From assembly GCA_034530615.2 (NCBI GenBank), contig JAVRCV020000053.1, forward strand, positions 1-64,000: a stretch of DNA of 64,000 nt, given 5' to 3'. The notes beneath the pieces are model-generated. The model saw only the letters and a list, made by a program, of their open reading frames with translations, searched no databases and had not been told where the DNA came from. Below are positions 42,671 to 53,341 of this stretch, piece after piece. Each line of letters starts with the position of its first letter. Position 1 is the first letter of the stretch. Position numbers and translations under genes: made by a program. The DNA is from Aulosira sp. ZfuVER01 (lineage in GTDB: Bacteria > Cyanobacteriota > Cyanobacteriia > Cyanobacteriales > Nostocaceae).

Positions 42671-42805
42671 TACTTTACTGTAACCAACTTATACAGAACG
42701 GGTAAATCCCTTGTAGGTTGTGAAGCGCAATAGCCAAATACACCCAATGCAAGAGTACATCCAAAGAAAAGCAGATCGCTTGATCATTCATCAACAGGAA
42801 TTTTT

Positions 42806-43663
42806 ATGGCTGCAAAATTTCTGGCGTTCGCCCCTGAGCGAGAAACGTCACTTCGCCTCAGATGGACGAATGTAGTATTTTTCGGTACATTTCATGCTTT
42901 AGCTCTTCTTGCTCCTTGGTTTTTCTCTTGGTCAGCATTAGGTTTACTGCTGTTTTTACATTGGTTATTCGGAAGCATTGGGATTTGTTTGGGATATCAC
43001 CGACTGCTGAGTCATCGCAGCTTCCAAGTACCGAAGTGGTTAGAATATGCGATCGCCTTTATTGGTGCTTTAGCTCTCCAAGGCGGGCCGATTTTCTGGA
43101 TTGGTGGACACCGCCAGCATCATGCCCATACTGAAGATATCAATTTAGATCCTTACTCTGCCAAACGAGGATTTTGGTGGAGTCATATGTTGTGGATTTT
43201 CTACCCTCGTACAGAGTTTTTTGATTACGAAATCTATCAAAAATATGCACCGGATTTAGCGCGTCAGCCATATTACCGTTGGTTGGATAAGTACTTTGTG
43301 CTGCTGCAAATCCCCTTGGGCCTATTGTTATATGCCTTAGGTGGTTGGTCTTTTGTCATCTACGGAATTTTTCTGCGAGCAGTCTTGCTTTGGCACTCCA
43401 CTTGGTTTGTTAACTCAGCAACGCACAAATGGGGCTATCGTTCCTTTGATGCTACTGACGACTCGCGTAATCTTTGGTGGGTATCGATTGTCACTTATGG
43501 TGAAGGATGGCACAACAACCATCATACTTACCCTCATGTAGCAAAAGCGGGATTTTCTTGGTGGGAAATTGATATTACTTGGTGGAGCATCAAAGCTCTG
43601 AAGACCTTGGGTTTGGCAAAAAAAGTGATTATGCCCCCCTCTAGTAGTGCGAGTCAAGGATAA
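42806..43663 (+). CDS. desC: Delta-9 acyl-lipid desaturase
   Basis: His boxes HRLLSH, HRQHH, GEGWHNNHH. Confidence 0.9.
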   Translation: MAAKFLAFAPERETSLRLRWTNVVFFGTFHALALLAPWFFSWSALGLLLFLHWLFGSIGICLGYHRLLSHRSFQVPKWLEYAIAFIGALALQGGPIFWIGGHRQHHAHTEDINLDPYSAKRGFWWSHMLWIFYPRTEFFDYEIYQKYAPDLARQPYYRWLDKYFVLLQIPLGLLLYALGGWSFVIYGIFLRAVLLWHSTWFVNSATHKWGYRSFDATDDSRNLWWVSIVTYGEGWHNNHHTYPHVAKAGFSWWEIDITWWSIKALKTLGLAKKVIMPPSSSASQG

Positions 43664-43742
43664 ATTTTACTAGATTAAAGTGTATCTACCATGCCCACAG
43701 AGTGATATCTGTGGGTTAAATTATTTCAAGTTCCCTATTTGA

Positions 43743-44168
43743 ATGGAGATTGTCTGCATTGTGAACTCAGTCCGTATTGACGAACTTAGTAATGAGGCTT
43801 GCTCAATTTTGTTTGATTCAGATGTTCCATGCATCATTATGGAATGGCACGCCTATGGAACGAGTACTCAGTTCCGACTGATTAGTGAAAATGTCTTACA
43901 ACTACTGATCGATAAAGGTGTAAGTAAAGTTGTTGCCGATACAACTCATCTCCCAATCATTGCAGCTGACGATCAGCAATGGGTAAATGAAGACTGGTTG
44001 CCTCGTGCTATTGAGGCAGGCTATCGTGCCTGTGGAATGGTTAACTCTCGCTTCTATTTCAATCGTGTAGCTGTTGATAATGTAGTCAGGAGAGTTACAT
44101 CAGATAAGTTTCGTGTAGAATACTTTGATAGCCGAGATGCTGCAAAAGAATGGCTAAAAAGCTTATAA
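43743..44168 (+). CDS. Hypothetical protein, SpoIIAA/STAS-like
   Basis: DQQWVNEDWLPRAIEAG and YFDSRDAAKEWL patterns. Confidence 0.65.
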   Translation: MEIVCIVNSVRIDELSNEACSILFDSDVPCIIMEWHAYGTSTQFRLISENVLQLLIDKGVSKVVADTTHLPIIAADDQQWVNEDWLPRAIEAGYRACGMVNSRFYFNRVAVDNVVRRVTSDKFRVEYFDSRDAAKEWLKSL

Positions 44169-44336
44169 GTTTATAATTACCCAAGCGATCGCTCTATAAA
44201 TTCTTAATTTTGTAATCTACTCAGACCCTAGTGAAGTAGAGAAAAAATTTAGCTCAGTCAACCAATTTTTCTACTTCTTGATGCTCTGCTGAAATCAAAT
44301 CTTCAGCTACATTGTGATGATTCAGCAACAATTGAA

Positions 44337-45122
44337 TTAATTAAGACGTGATAAAACGTACTCGCGGGTGCGATAATCTGATGGATTAGTAAAGATTTTA
44401 GTGGTGGGGCCAAATTCAACCAAGGTGCCAATCCGATTTTCATTGCTGTGAAAGAAAGCTGTGAAATCTGATGTGCGAGTAACTTGCCGCATATTGTGGC
44501 TAACAATCACAATTGTTAACTGAGAACGTAAACTTTGAATTAACTCTTCAACTTTCAGGCTAGCGATGGGATCGAGGCCAAAACAAGGCTCATCCATCAA
44601 AAGGACTTTTGGCTTGACGGCTAAAGCACGAGCAATACAGAGTCTTTGTTGTTGTCCACCAGAAAGTTCCAAAGCAGATTTGTGCAGTTTATTTTTTACT
44701 TCATCCCAGAGATCGGCACTTTTAATTGCAAATTCTATAATTTCATCCAATTCTGCTTTTGGACGCCATCCCACGAGTTTGACTCCATAAGCAACATTAT
44801 CGTAAACACTCATGGGAAACAAATTTGGTTTGGGAAATACCATACTAATTTGGCGACGCACCCGATTTAGATTCACACGGCGCTCATAAATATTCTGACC
44901 AAAAAATTCTACTCTGCCTTCTACTCGTACCTCTCCTTCTAGTTCGCTCATGCGATTTAGAGATTTGATAAAAGTAGATTTACCACAACCACTAGGGCCA
45001 ATAATTGCAGTAACTTTGTCTTGCAAAATATCTATTGATATATCTTCAAGTATCTTTTTGTTGTCGTAATAAAAACTAAAATCGCTAACTTTTATGGCTG
45101 GGACTAATTTACTCATGGTCAC
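44337..45122 (-). CDS. pstB: Phosphate ABC transporter ATP-binding protein, divergent paralog
   Basis: [33 protein letters not shown]. Confidence 0.88.
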   Translation of the reverse strand: MTMSKLVPAIKVSDFSFYYDNKKILEDISIDILQDKVTAIIGPSGCGKSTFIKSLNRMSELEGEVRVEGRVEFFGQNIYERRVNLNRVRRQISMVFPKPNLFPMSVYDNVAYGVKLVGWRPKAELDEIIEFAIKSADLWDEVKNKLHKSALELSGGQQQRLCIARALAVKPKVLLMDEPCFGLDPIASLKVEELIQSLRSQLTIVIVSHNMRQVTRTSDFTAFFHSNENRIGTLVEFGPTTKIFTNPSDYRTREYVLSRLN

Positions 45123-45358
45123 AAATGCGTGAGATCAAACGTCAGTAAAGATTTCTTTCGCTATCAAGTTATTTCTACTCTTTTATGTGGGTACTGTTTG
45201 TAAAGTGTTTGTAAAATTAAGGGTAGAAGCTAAATATTATCAACAGTAGAGTCTGCTAGAAATAGTCCAATATATCCTCCGTTAATTAGATTTGAAATTT
45301 TCAACAATCAAGCTATTAACAAACAACTATTCTACTTGTTATTACAGGTTATCCTCAA

Positions 45359-45388
45359 TATAACCATTAGTTAACTTTTATATTACCT
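45359..45388 (+). promoter_or_regulatory. Putative Pho box (SphR/PhoB site)
   Basis: TATAACCA, GTTAACTT, TATTACCT at 11-bp period upstream of pstS; resembles cyanobacterial CTTAACCT repeats. Confidence 0.5.
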
Positions 45389-45515
45389 GAGTACGTCAAA
45401 TTTCAGGTGGTGAACAGCTAACTAATATGTTCACTAGCGCTTAAATTTCAAACATTATTGTGGTTTTGGATTGATTGGACGGAAATTTAACGTCCGAGAA
45501 ATGAGGAGTACCCTG

Positions 45516-46529
45516 GTGAACAAGATGAACTTGAAGCTTAATAGCTTGACGGTTTTAGGTGTAATGTCATTGATAACTGCCACTTTTGGTTTATCAATGT
45601 CTGCGGTTAAGTCCCAAAGTGTCAGCACAATTAAAGTTGATGGTTCTAGTACCGTCTTCCCAATTACTGAAGCTGCTGCGGAAGAATTTCAAAAGTCTCA
45701 AGGCGGTAAAGTTAGAGTTACTGTTGGTGTTTCTGGTACTGGAGGCGGCTTCAAAAAGTTTTGTCGCGGTGAGACTGATATATCAAACGCTTCCCGTCCT
45801 ATTTTACAGAAAGAAGTTGCTGACTGTAAAGCCAATGGCGTTCGTTATGTAGAATTGCCAATAGCTTATGATGCCTTGACAGTTGTGGTTAACCCGCAAA
45901 ATACCTGGGCAAAGAACCTGACGGTAGCTGAACTAAAGAAAATTTGGGAGCCTGGGGCACAGAGTAAAATCAATAACTGGAGCCAAGTCCGTTCAGGATT
46001 CCCCAATGCACCCTTGAAGTTGTTTGGCCCTGGTGCTAATTCTGGTACTTTTGACTACTTTACTGAAGCTGTTGTTGGCAAAGCTAAGTCTAGCCGGGGT
46101 GATTTTACTGCTAGCGAAGATGATAATGTGCTGGTACAGGGTATTTCTCGTGATAAGAATGCCCTTGGTTACTTTGGTTATGCTTATTATGCAGAGAACA
46201 GCAAAAAACTGAAGGCTGTGACAATTAACGGTGTATTGCCATCAGAAGCTACAGTCAAAAATGGTACTTATACTCCCCTATCCCGACCTTTGTTTATTTA
46301 TGTCAGCTCTAAGAGTATTGACAAACCAGAGGTAAAGCAGTTTGTCCAATTTTATTTACGGAATGCTGCTAAATTCTCTAAAGAGGTAAGATACGTTTCA
46401 CTACCAGGTTCAGCTTACACCACTGCCCAAAGCCACTTCAACAAAAAGAGATTTGGTAGCGTATTTGGCGGTAAAGAAGCGGTTGGTTTAAAGATTAACG
46501 AGCTATTGAGCCGTGACGCCCAAGAATAA
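45516..46529 (+). CDS. pstS: Phosphate-binding protein, PstS/SphX family
   Basis: [34 protein letters not shown] start after GAGGAG, start uncertain. Confidence 0.92.
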   Translation: MNKMNLKLNSLTVLGVMSLITATFGLSMSAVKSQSVSTIKVDGSSTVFPITEAAAEEFQKSQGGKVRVTVGVSGTGGGFKKFCRGETDISNASRPILQKEVADCKANGVRYVELPIAYDALTVVVNPQNTWAKNLTVAELKKIWEPGAQSKINNWSQVRSGFPNAPLKLFGPGANSGTFDYFTEAVVGKAKSSRGDFTASEDDNVLVQGISRDKNALGYFGYAYYAENSKKLKAVTINGVLPSEATVKNGTYTPLSRPLFIYVSSKSIDKPEVKQFVQFYLRNAAKFSKEVRYVSLPGSAYTTAQSHFNKKRFGSVFGGKEAVGLKINELLSRDAQE

Positions 46530-46566
46530 ACTTATTCTTCAATTTTGAGCCAATTCAAAATTTATC

Positions 46567-46590
46567 AAAGGGAGGTTTTTACCTCTCTTT
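46567..46590 (+). terminator. Hairpin after pstS
   Basis: AAAGGGAGGT-TTTT-ACCTCTCTTT. Confidence 0.55.
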
Positions 46591-46617
46591 GTCTTAATTG
46601 AACTTGATTATGCAAGC

Positions 46618-47532
46618 ATGATTGGTACAAAACAAACTCGACTTTCGCCAAAACTATTGCGTAATGTACGGGAACGGGCAATTGAGTTTGTCTTGTTTCT
46701 AGCTGCACTTTCTTCTGTAGCAACTACTTTAGCAATTGTTGCTATTTTAGTGTATGAATCCATACTATTTTTTCAAAAAGTATCTTTATGGGAATTCCTT
46801 ACAGATACCCAATGGACACCGTTATTTGATGACAAACACTATGGGATTTTGCCTTTAGTTTCTGGAACTTTAGTGACTACAGCGGTTGCCTTAATAGTTG
46901 CAGTGCCACTAGGTACAATTATTGCAATTTACTTGAGTGAATTTGCACCACCGCTAGTACGAGAGGTCATTAAGCCAGTTTTAGAATTATTGGCAGGTAT
47001 TCCGACAGTAGTTTATGGATATTTTGCCTTATTATTTGTGACGCCTTTGTTGCAGGTAATATTGCCGGAATTACCTGGTTTTAATATGTTAAGTGCGGGT
47101 CTAGTCATGGGGATGATGATTATTCCCTATGTGAGTTCCCTGAGTGAAGATGCAATGCGTGCAGTACCTGCACATCTACGCGAGGGTTCTTATGCAACAG
47201 GTGCTACGCGCTTGCAAACAGCTTTGCGAGTTGTATTACCTGCATCGGTTTCTGGGATATCAGCAGCTTATATTTTGGGGATTTCCCGGGCAGTGGGTGA
47301 AACTATGATAGTAGCGATCGCAGCTGGTGGGCAACCCAACCTCACCTTTAACCCCTTGGAACCAGCCGCAACCATGACTGCTTACATTGTCGCCGTCAGC
47401 TTGGGCGATTTACCACATGGCACTTTAGAATACGAAACTATCTTTGCTGTGGGGCTGACTCTCGTGCTGATGACTTTGGTATTCAACATTATTGGTCATT
47501 TTCTTGCCAAGCGCTATCGAGAAATTTATTGA
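46618..47532 (+). CDS. pstC: Phosphate ABC transporter permease
   Basis: ELLAGIPTVVYGYF, SRAVGETM. Confidence 0.95.
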   Translation: MIGTKQTRLSPKLLRNVRERAIEFVLFLAALSSVATTLAIVAILVYESILFFQKVSLWEFLTDTQWTPLFDDKHYGILPLVSGTLVTTAVALIVAVPLGTIIAIYLSEFAPPLVREVIKPVLELLAGIPTVVYGYFALLFVTPLLQVILPELPGFNMLSAGLVMGMMIIPYVSSLSEDAMRAVPAHLREGSYATGATRLQTALRVVLPASVSGISAAYILGISRAVGETMIVAIAAGGQPNLTFNPLEPAATMTAYIVAVSLGDLPHGTLEYETIFAVGLTLVLMTLVFNIIGHFLAKRYREIY

Positions 47533-47582
47533 TTAACATTTTGGCCTTTGTCATTAGTTAATTACGAATTACGAATGCAACT

Positions 47583-48506
47583 ATGGTCACTCAAAATATG
47601 CGGCAAGTCCGCAATATTATTAACCGTAATAAGCTTTCAGAATATATTTTTAGCATCGTTGGCTTATTGTCGATGCTGATTGGAATTGCCACCTTGTTCG
47701 CACTAATATTTGACTTGGTTAGTGATGGTGCGCCACGTCTTTCTTGGGAATTTTTTACTTCCTTTCCTAGCCGGAGGGCAGCAAATGCAGGTATCCTCTC
47801 GGCTTGGGTGGGAACGCTTTTAGTAATGCTGGTAACGGCATCAGCGGCAATTCCTATCGGTATAGCATCAGGAATTTATTTAGAAGAGTATGCGCGGAAA
47901 AATTGGTTGGCTGATTTAATCGAAATTAATGTCACCAATTTGGCTGGTGTTCCTTCAATAATTTATGGTTTGTTGGCTTTGGGTTTATTTGTCTATGGTT
48001 TCCAGCTTGGCCCCAGTGTAGTAACGGCGGGATTAACATTAGCATTATTGGCGTTACCAGTAGTGATTGTGACTACTCGCGAAGCGCTGCGTGCTATTCC
48101 TAATAGTATCCGCGAAGCTGCTTATGCCACAGGTGCTTCTAAGTGGCAAATGATTTGGGATCATCTTCTACCTTATTCAACTGGTAGCATCCTGACCGGA
48201 ATTATTGTGGCGTTAGCACGAGCTATTGGTGAAACTGCACCCTTAATTACCATCGGCGCACTAACATTTATTGCCTTTCTCCCCGAATCTCCCATCAAAG
48301 GGGAGTTTCCTTATATCTCCTTTTCCTGGTTGTTATCACCTTTTACTGTTCTACCCATTCAAATGTTCGATTGGGTGTCTCGTCCCCAAGAAGCATTTCA
48401 GGTGAACGCCGCCGCCGCCGGTATTGTGCTAATTGCTCTGACTTTGGCTATGAACGCTGTAGCCATTTTTCTCCGTTATCGTTTACGTAAAAAAATCAAA
48501 TGGTAG
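47583..48506 (+). CDS. pstA: Phosphate ABC transporter permease
   Basis: [28 protein letters not shown]. Confidence 0.95.
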   Translation: MVTQNMRQVRNIINRNKLSEYIFSIVGLLSMLIGIATLFALIFDLVSDGAPRLSWEFFTSFPSRRAANAGILSAWVGTLLVMLVTASAAIPIGIASGIYLEEYARKNWLADLIEINVTNLAGVPSIIYGLLALGLFVYGFQLGPSVVTAGLTLALLALPVVIVTTREALRAIPNSIREAAYATGASKWQMIWDHLLPYSTGSILTGIIVALARAIGETAPLITIGALTFIAFLPESPIKGEFPYISFSWLLSPFTVLPIQMFDWVSRPQEAFQVNAAAAGIVLIALTLAMNAVAIFLRYRLRKKIKW

Positions 48507-49294
48507 AAGCAACATCCTCAATTTTAGAAAGACCTATCAAAGCTGCCGTTAATTATCTCAATTTCTACTACAGTGGCAAAGTCCACGCCTTGAAAGATAT
48601 TAATATGCCCGTAGGTGATAAACAGGTAACGGCACTGATTGGCCCTTCTGGATGTGGCAAAACTACGCTGTTGCGTTGTTTTAATCGGATGCACGACCTT
48701 TATCCAGGAAATCGTTATCGCGGGGAAATCACTTTAGAACCAGATGGAATTAATTTGTTAAGTAATAAGGTCGATCCAATTGAAGTCCGGATGCGGATTA
48801 GTATGGTATTCCAAAGACCTAATCCTTTCCCGAAGTCAATTTACGAAAATGTCGCCTATGGCTTGCGGGTAAGAGGTGAATCTAAACGAGCAGTTATTGA
48901 TGAAAAAGTAGAAAAAGCTTTGCGTAGCGCGGCTTTGTGGGATGAAGTCAAGGATAGATTGCGCGATTTAGCTTTTAACCTTTCTGGTGGTCAACAGCAG
49001 CGACTTTGTATTGCTCGTGCTTTGGCTACTGACCCGGAGATTGTTTTATTTGATGAGCCAACATCAGCTTTAGATCCCATCGCCACCGCTAGTATTGAAG
49101 AGTTAATTGCTCAACTGAAGCAAACAGTGACGATTTTGATTGTAACTCACAGTATGCAACAGGCAGCGCGGGTTTCTGACTATACGGCGTTTATGTATTT
49201 GGGTGAGTTGATGGAGTTTAATAAAACAGAAGCGATTTTTAATAACCCATCACATAAAAAAACCGCAGATTATGTCAGTGGACGTTTTGGGTGA
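48500..49294 (+). CDS. pstB: Phosphate ABC transporter ATP-binding protein
   Basis: [32 protein letters not shown]. Confidence 0.95.
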   Translation: MVEATSSILERPIKAAVNYLNFYYSGKVHALKDINMPVGDKQVTALIGPSGCGKTTLLRCFNRMHDLYPGNRYRGEITLEPDGINLLSNKVDPIEVRMRISMVFQRPNPFPKSIYENVAYGLRVRGESKRAVIDEKVEKALRSAALWDEVKDRLRDLAFNLSGGQQQRLCIARALATDPEIVLFDEPTSALDPIATASIEELIAQLKQTVTILIVTHSMQQAARVSDYTAFMYLGELMEFNKTEAIFNNPSHKKTADYVSGRFG

Positions 49295-49486
49295 AAACCT
49301 TGGTTGGCATGGTCTATAAATACTTTTAAGAAATAAGCTAGTCCCGATGAAACTTGTTTAATCGGGACTGACTTTGATCGCACATCACCTCTACCTTGGG
49401 CATTTTGCATTCCACGTAGCAAGTTTAGGGTTACACTCATATATTGCAACAGATAACGTTTACCCCCATGATTGGAGAGCGATACC

Positions 49487-50128
49487 TTGGGAATAGAACT
49501 ACGCAGTTTCGTATTTCTCGACAACCTGCAACCTCAACACGCAGCATATATGGGAACCGTAGCTCAAGGTTTCTTACCATTACCAGGGGATACATCGCTG
49601 TGGATTGAAATTTCTCCGGGGATTGAAATCAATAAAATTACAGATATTGCCTTGAAAGCGGCCTCCGTGCGTCCGGGAGTACAGGTAGTTGAACGACTTT
49701 ACGGTTTATTAGAAGTTCATTCTAGCTCCCAAGGAGAAACGCGATCGGCTGGTCAAGCGATTTTGGCGGCGTTAGGCGTGAGAAGAGAGGAATGTATCAA
49801 ACCACGTGTGGTTTCCAGCCAAATTATCCGCAACATAGATGCTTACCAGACACAGCTAATCAATCGCACGCGCCGGGGACAGCTATTATTAGCAGGGCAA
49901 ACTCTTTATGTTTTAGAAGTTGAGCCTGCTGCTTACGCTGCACTAGCTGCAAACGAAGCAGAAAAAGCCGCCTCAATTAATATTCTTGAGGTGCAAGCTG
50001 TAGGTAGCTTCGGACGGCTATATTTAGGTGGACAAGAACGAGATATTCTTGCAGGTGCAGCCGGAGCATTAACAGCAATTGAAAGTGTTACAGGTCGTAC
50101 AAATCCCCAGAGTGGTCGTCAGGAGTAA
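49487..50128 (+). CDS. ccmP: Carboxysome tandem-BMC shell protein
   Basis: [42 protein letters not shown] start after GGAGAG. Confidence 0.88.
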   Translation: MGIELRSFVFLDNLQPQHAAYMGTVAQGFLPLPGDTSLWIEISPGIEINKITDIALKAASVRPGVQVVERLYGLLEVHSSSQGETRSAGQAILAALGVRREECIKPRVVSSQIIRNIDAYQTQLINRTRRGQLLLAGQTLYVLEVEPAAYAALAANEAEKAASINILEVQAVGSFGRLYLGGQERDILAGAAGALTAIESVTGRTNPQSGRQE

Positions 50129-50138
50129 AGGAGAAACA

Positions 50139-50945
50139 ATGGCGAATCGAGAGCATCTAGCTTTACTGAAAGCTGGTGCAGTCCAATGGCTTGAGTGGAG
50201 AAATCAAAATCCCCAGATTGAACCAGATCTAAGTACCGCAAACCTCTCTGGAGATAACCTCAGAGGTGCAAACCTCCAAGGAGCAAATTTGGCTAAGGCA
50301 GATTTAAGTTACGCTTTACTCGTGCGAGTAAATTTCAGTAGTGCTGACCTGAGTAGTGCTAACCTTCACTATGCCAAATTGATTGAAGCTAACTTGAGTG
50401 CAGCTAATTTCAGTGTTGCTAACTTGAGCGGTGCTAACTTGAAACAGGCAGATCTCAGCCATGCTAATCTGATTGGCTGTGACTTAAGTGGGACAAATTT
50501 TCGAGGAGCTGCGATCGCAGATGCAAATCTCATTGGTGCTGACTTGAGTTACGCTGACTTAAGAGATGCTGATTTAGGTGCAGCCAAGCTAATTCGAGCT
50601 AACCTTTGTTTTGCCAACCTGATTGAAGCTAACTTGATTGCAGCCGATCTCAGCGAAGCCAACTTGCACGAAGCAGAAGTGATTGGAGCTTATCTTTACA
50701 AAGCTGACTTGTATAAAGCTAATCTCAGCAAAGCTCACCTGAGTGGTGCATATATGTTTCGCGCAAACCTGAGTGAAGCTGATTTGCGCGGTGCAAACTT
50801 GACGTGGTCTAACCTTAAAAATGCAAACCTAGCAGGAGCAAATCTCAGAGGCGCTAACCTTAGAGGTGCTAATCTCACAGGAGCAAACCTTAACGGTGCA
50901 ATTCTTCAAGAAGCCATCATGCCTGATTCTTCAAAGTGCGAGTAG
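50139..50945 (+). CDS. Pentapeptide repeat protein
   Basis: Extensive A(N/D)LxxA repeats; AAGGAG RBS before ATG 50139. Confidence 0.95.
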   Translation: MANREHLALLKAGAVQWLEWRNQNPQIEPDLSTANLSGDNLRGANLQGANLAKADLSYALLVRVNFSSADLSSANLHYAKLIEANLSAANFSVANLSGANLKQADLSHANLIGCDLSGTNFRGAAIADANLIGADLSYADLRDADLGAAKLIRANLCFANLIEANLIAADLSEANLHEAEVIGAYLYKADLYKANLSKAHLSGAYMFRANLSEADLRGANLTWSNLKNANLAGANLRGANLRGANLTGANLNGAILQEAIMPDSSKCE

Positions 50946-50957
50946 AAGAAGAGAGAC

Positions 50958-51053
50958 AGGGGAGTGTGGGGAGTGTTGGGAGTGTGGGAAGTGTGGGGAG
51001 AGATGGGATAAGAGGGATGAAGAACAAATGACGAATGACAAATGACAAATGAC
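50958..51053. repeat. Short tandem repeat arrays (GGGGAGTGT)n and (AAATGAC)n
   Basis: Directly visible. Confidence 0.85.
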
Positions 51054-51081
51054 ACATCCATAACTATCATTCAATTGCTAT

Positions 51082-51696
51082 ATGTCCATTTATAAAACTA
51101 TTCTTTGGTTCAATAGCTTAGGTTTATTACTAATAATTGTTCTCATATTTTCTACTAAACTATTTGAGGTATCAGCAGGGGGATTATTCTTGCCACCTCC
51201 GGCTCCAGAGTATCCTAGTGCTGGGTTATTAACACATACTTTTCAACTATTATGCTGTGTGCCTCCGTTAGTTTGCGCTTTTAGTTTTGCTTTACTAAAA
51301 AAGATTAAACCTGGTGGTAAAAATAATGGTTTTATTATTTTTTCTGGCTTATTGACATCTGGTTTTTTAATCAACGAGATTTATAGGCTTCATATTATTG
51401 CTCTCCAATTTGGTATTCCCAAATTATTAACTATATTTATTTACGCTACTATTGCTCTTGCCTACGGATTAGCTTTTAAAAGTCAACTAAAATCAACACC
51501 TTACATCATACTTATAGCTAGCTTAATCTTATTATTTATTGCTATTACAATAGATTCACTACACTTGAGTGGTAGCGGAGCGCCTAGCCTTTTAGAGGGA
51601 GTACCTAAGTTGTTGAGTGGACTGAATATGGCACTTTATTTTTGGGTTGTTTGTTATAAAGAGGTTTTACATTCGCTTCAGCCTTCTAAGAATTAA
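51082..51696 (+). CDS. Hypothetical multi-pass membrane protein
   Basis: About six hydrophobic segments. Confidence 0.75.
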   Translation: MSIYKTILWFNSLGLLLIIVLIFSTKLFEVSAGGLFLPPPAPEYPSAGLLTHTFQLLCCVPPLVCAFSFALLKKIKPGGKNNGFIIFSGLLTSGFLINEIYRLHIIALQFGIPKLLTIFIYATIALAYGLAFKSQLKSTPYIILIASLILLFIAITIDSLHLSGSGAPSLLEGVPKLLSGLNMALYFWVVCYKEVLHSLQPSKN

Positions 51697-51702
51697 CTAT
51701 TT

Positions 51703-52542
51703 TTAAACAGCATTTATCCTTTCCCAACCAGCGTACACATTAAAACGTTCTCCCCGCAGGAATCCAATTAAAGTAATGCCGAATTCTCTAGCTACAGAAA
51801 CAGCTAAACTGCTAGGAGCAGAAACAGAACAAACAATCGGTACACCTGCAACAGTGGATTTTTGCAAAATCTCAAAACTAGAGCGTCCACTAACCATTAC
51901 AATACGATTATTTAAAGGCAACTCGTCACTCAATAAAGCCGAACCAATCAATTTATCTAAAGCATTATGACGGCCAATATCTTCTTGCAAATTTAATAGT
52001 TTACCTTGAACATCAAATACCGCCGCAGCGTGCAAACCTCCGGTAGCATTGAAGATACCTTGAGCCGCCCTAAGTTGTTCTGGTAGGCTGTAGATAATCT
52101 CAGGTTTAACTACAAACCCTTGGGGAATTACTGAACAACCTTGCAAATGCAAAGCCTCAAGACTTGCTTTACCGCAGACTCCACAAGCGCTATTAGTATA
52201 AAAATGTCGCTCCAATGGCTGTAAATCTGGAATCAACCCTTCCCGGAGTTCAACATTCACTATGTTGAAACGCTGTTCGCTATCTACAGATTCATCTACG
52301 CAATAACTCATGCGTTGAATATCTTTTTTAGAATTAATGACTCCTTCACCGTAAAGAAAACCAGCAGCTAATTCAAAATCTGCCCCTGGCGTTCGCATGG
52401 TAACAGCTATAGTACGCTTCTGAGAAACTAGGCGAATTTCTAAAGGTTCTTCAGTGGTAACGCTATCGATGCGGGTACGCATTTTGCCATTTTCTACCAC
52501 CCAAACAGTAGCTTTTGTCTTGCTTCCCAAAGGCTTAGTCAT
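51703..52542 (-). CDS. fdhD: Formate dehydrogenase accessory sulfurtransferase
   Basis: MRTPG, SACGVCG, TGGLHAA, EDIGRHNALDK. Confidence 0.95.
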   Translation of the reverse strand: MTKPLGSKTKATVWVVENGKMRTRIDSVTTEEPLEIRLVSQKRTIAVTMRTPGADFELAAGFLYGEGVINSKKDIQRMSYCVDESVDSEQRFNIVNVELREGLIPDLQPLERHFYTNSACGVCGKASLEALHLQGCSVIPQGFVVKPEIIYSLPEQLRAAQGIFNATGGLHAAAVFDVQGKLLNLQEDIGRHNALDKLIGSALLSDELPLNNRIVMVSGRSSFEILQKSTVAGVPIVCSVSAPSSLAVSVAREFGITLIGFLRGERFNVYAGWERINAV

Positions 52543-52584
52543 TAGCGAAATTTAGTGTGTTTTGCTTTCATTTTCATGCCACTT

Positions 52585-53289
52585 TTATATATTCTCTGGA
52601 TCGATACCTAATTCTCGCAATTTGGCGGCTAGGCGTTCAGCTTTTTGCTTTTCTTGTTCGGCGTGTTGCTGTTGTTGTTGAGCAAATTCTTCTGGTGTGG
52701 GAATTAGGTGTCCTTCAGCAGTAAAATAGCGCAATTTACTATCATGCACACCCAAATATAAACTTAGCTGTTGGCTCCATAACAAACCTTGAGGGTTATG
52801 TTCTATAGGTTGATAAGTTCCACCTAGCAAAATAAACCCAGCAAACTCTAAATTCTTGGGGTCAAACCAGAAGTATTCAGGAGTGCGAAAGATATCTTGA
52901 TAAATTTGTTTTTTTAAACCTTTATCAACTGATGCGGTTGTTGGTGAAAGTAATTCGATAATCAAGTTGGGATATTTACCGTCTTCTTCCCAAACAATCC
53001 AACTATCACGAAGTTGATTTTCTGTGTTGAGTACGACAAAAAAATCCGGGCCGCGAAAATCTTCTGACTTACGCTGACGTTGACTGTAATAAATAGTAAT
53101 ATTGCCAGCCGCAAAAAAATCATTAAAATTTTGCTGGTCTCGCCACCACCATTCCAAGCATTTTAATAACAGCAACATTTGCTGTAAATGTAGATATGTT
53201 TCCAAAGGCGGTTCGTCACTATATTTATATAAATTACTGTCTGGAAATATAACACCTTCTGGGGTGGGTAAATCTTTGGCGACAGACAT
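52585..53289 (-). CDS. Uma2 family (DUF820) endonuclease-fold protein
   Basis: SDEPPLET, GPDFFVV, PNLIIELLS, EYFWFDP, LRELGIDP tail. Confidence 0.93.
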   Translation of the reverse strand: MSVAKDLPTPEGVIFPDSNLYKYSDEPPLETYLHLQQMLLLLKCLEWWWRDQQNFNDFFAAGNITIYYSQRQRKSEDFRGPDFFVVLNTENQLRDSWIVWEEDGKYPNLIIELLSPTTASVDKGLKKQIYQDIFRTPEYFWFDPKNLEFAGFILLGGTYQPIEHNPQGLLWSQQLSLYLGVHDSKLRYFTAEGHLIPTPEEFAQQQQQHAEQEKQKAERLAAKLRELGIDPENI

Positions 53290-53341
53290 GGCTGCAAGTA
53301 GTTGGGTTATCTAAGTTTAGTGTAGCGGGATAAAACTATAT

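Noticed and set aside
42679..42695. NtcA site upstream of desC
   Set aside because: GTA-N9-TAC spacing rather than the canonical N8
49487..50128. Novel microcompartment locus
   Set aside because: A single ccmP-like shell gene away from the main ccm operon is normal in beta-cyanobacteria
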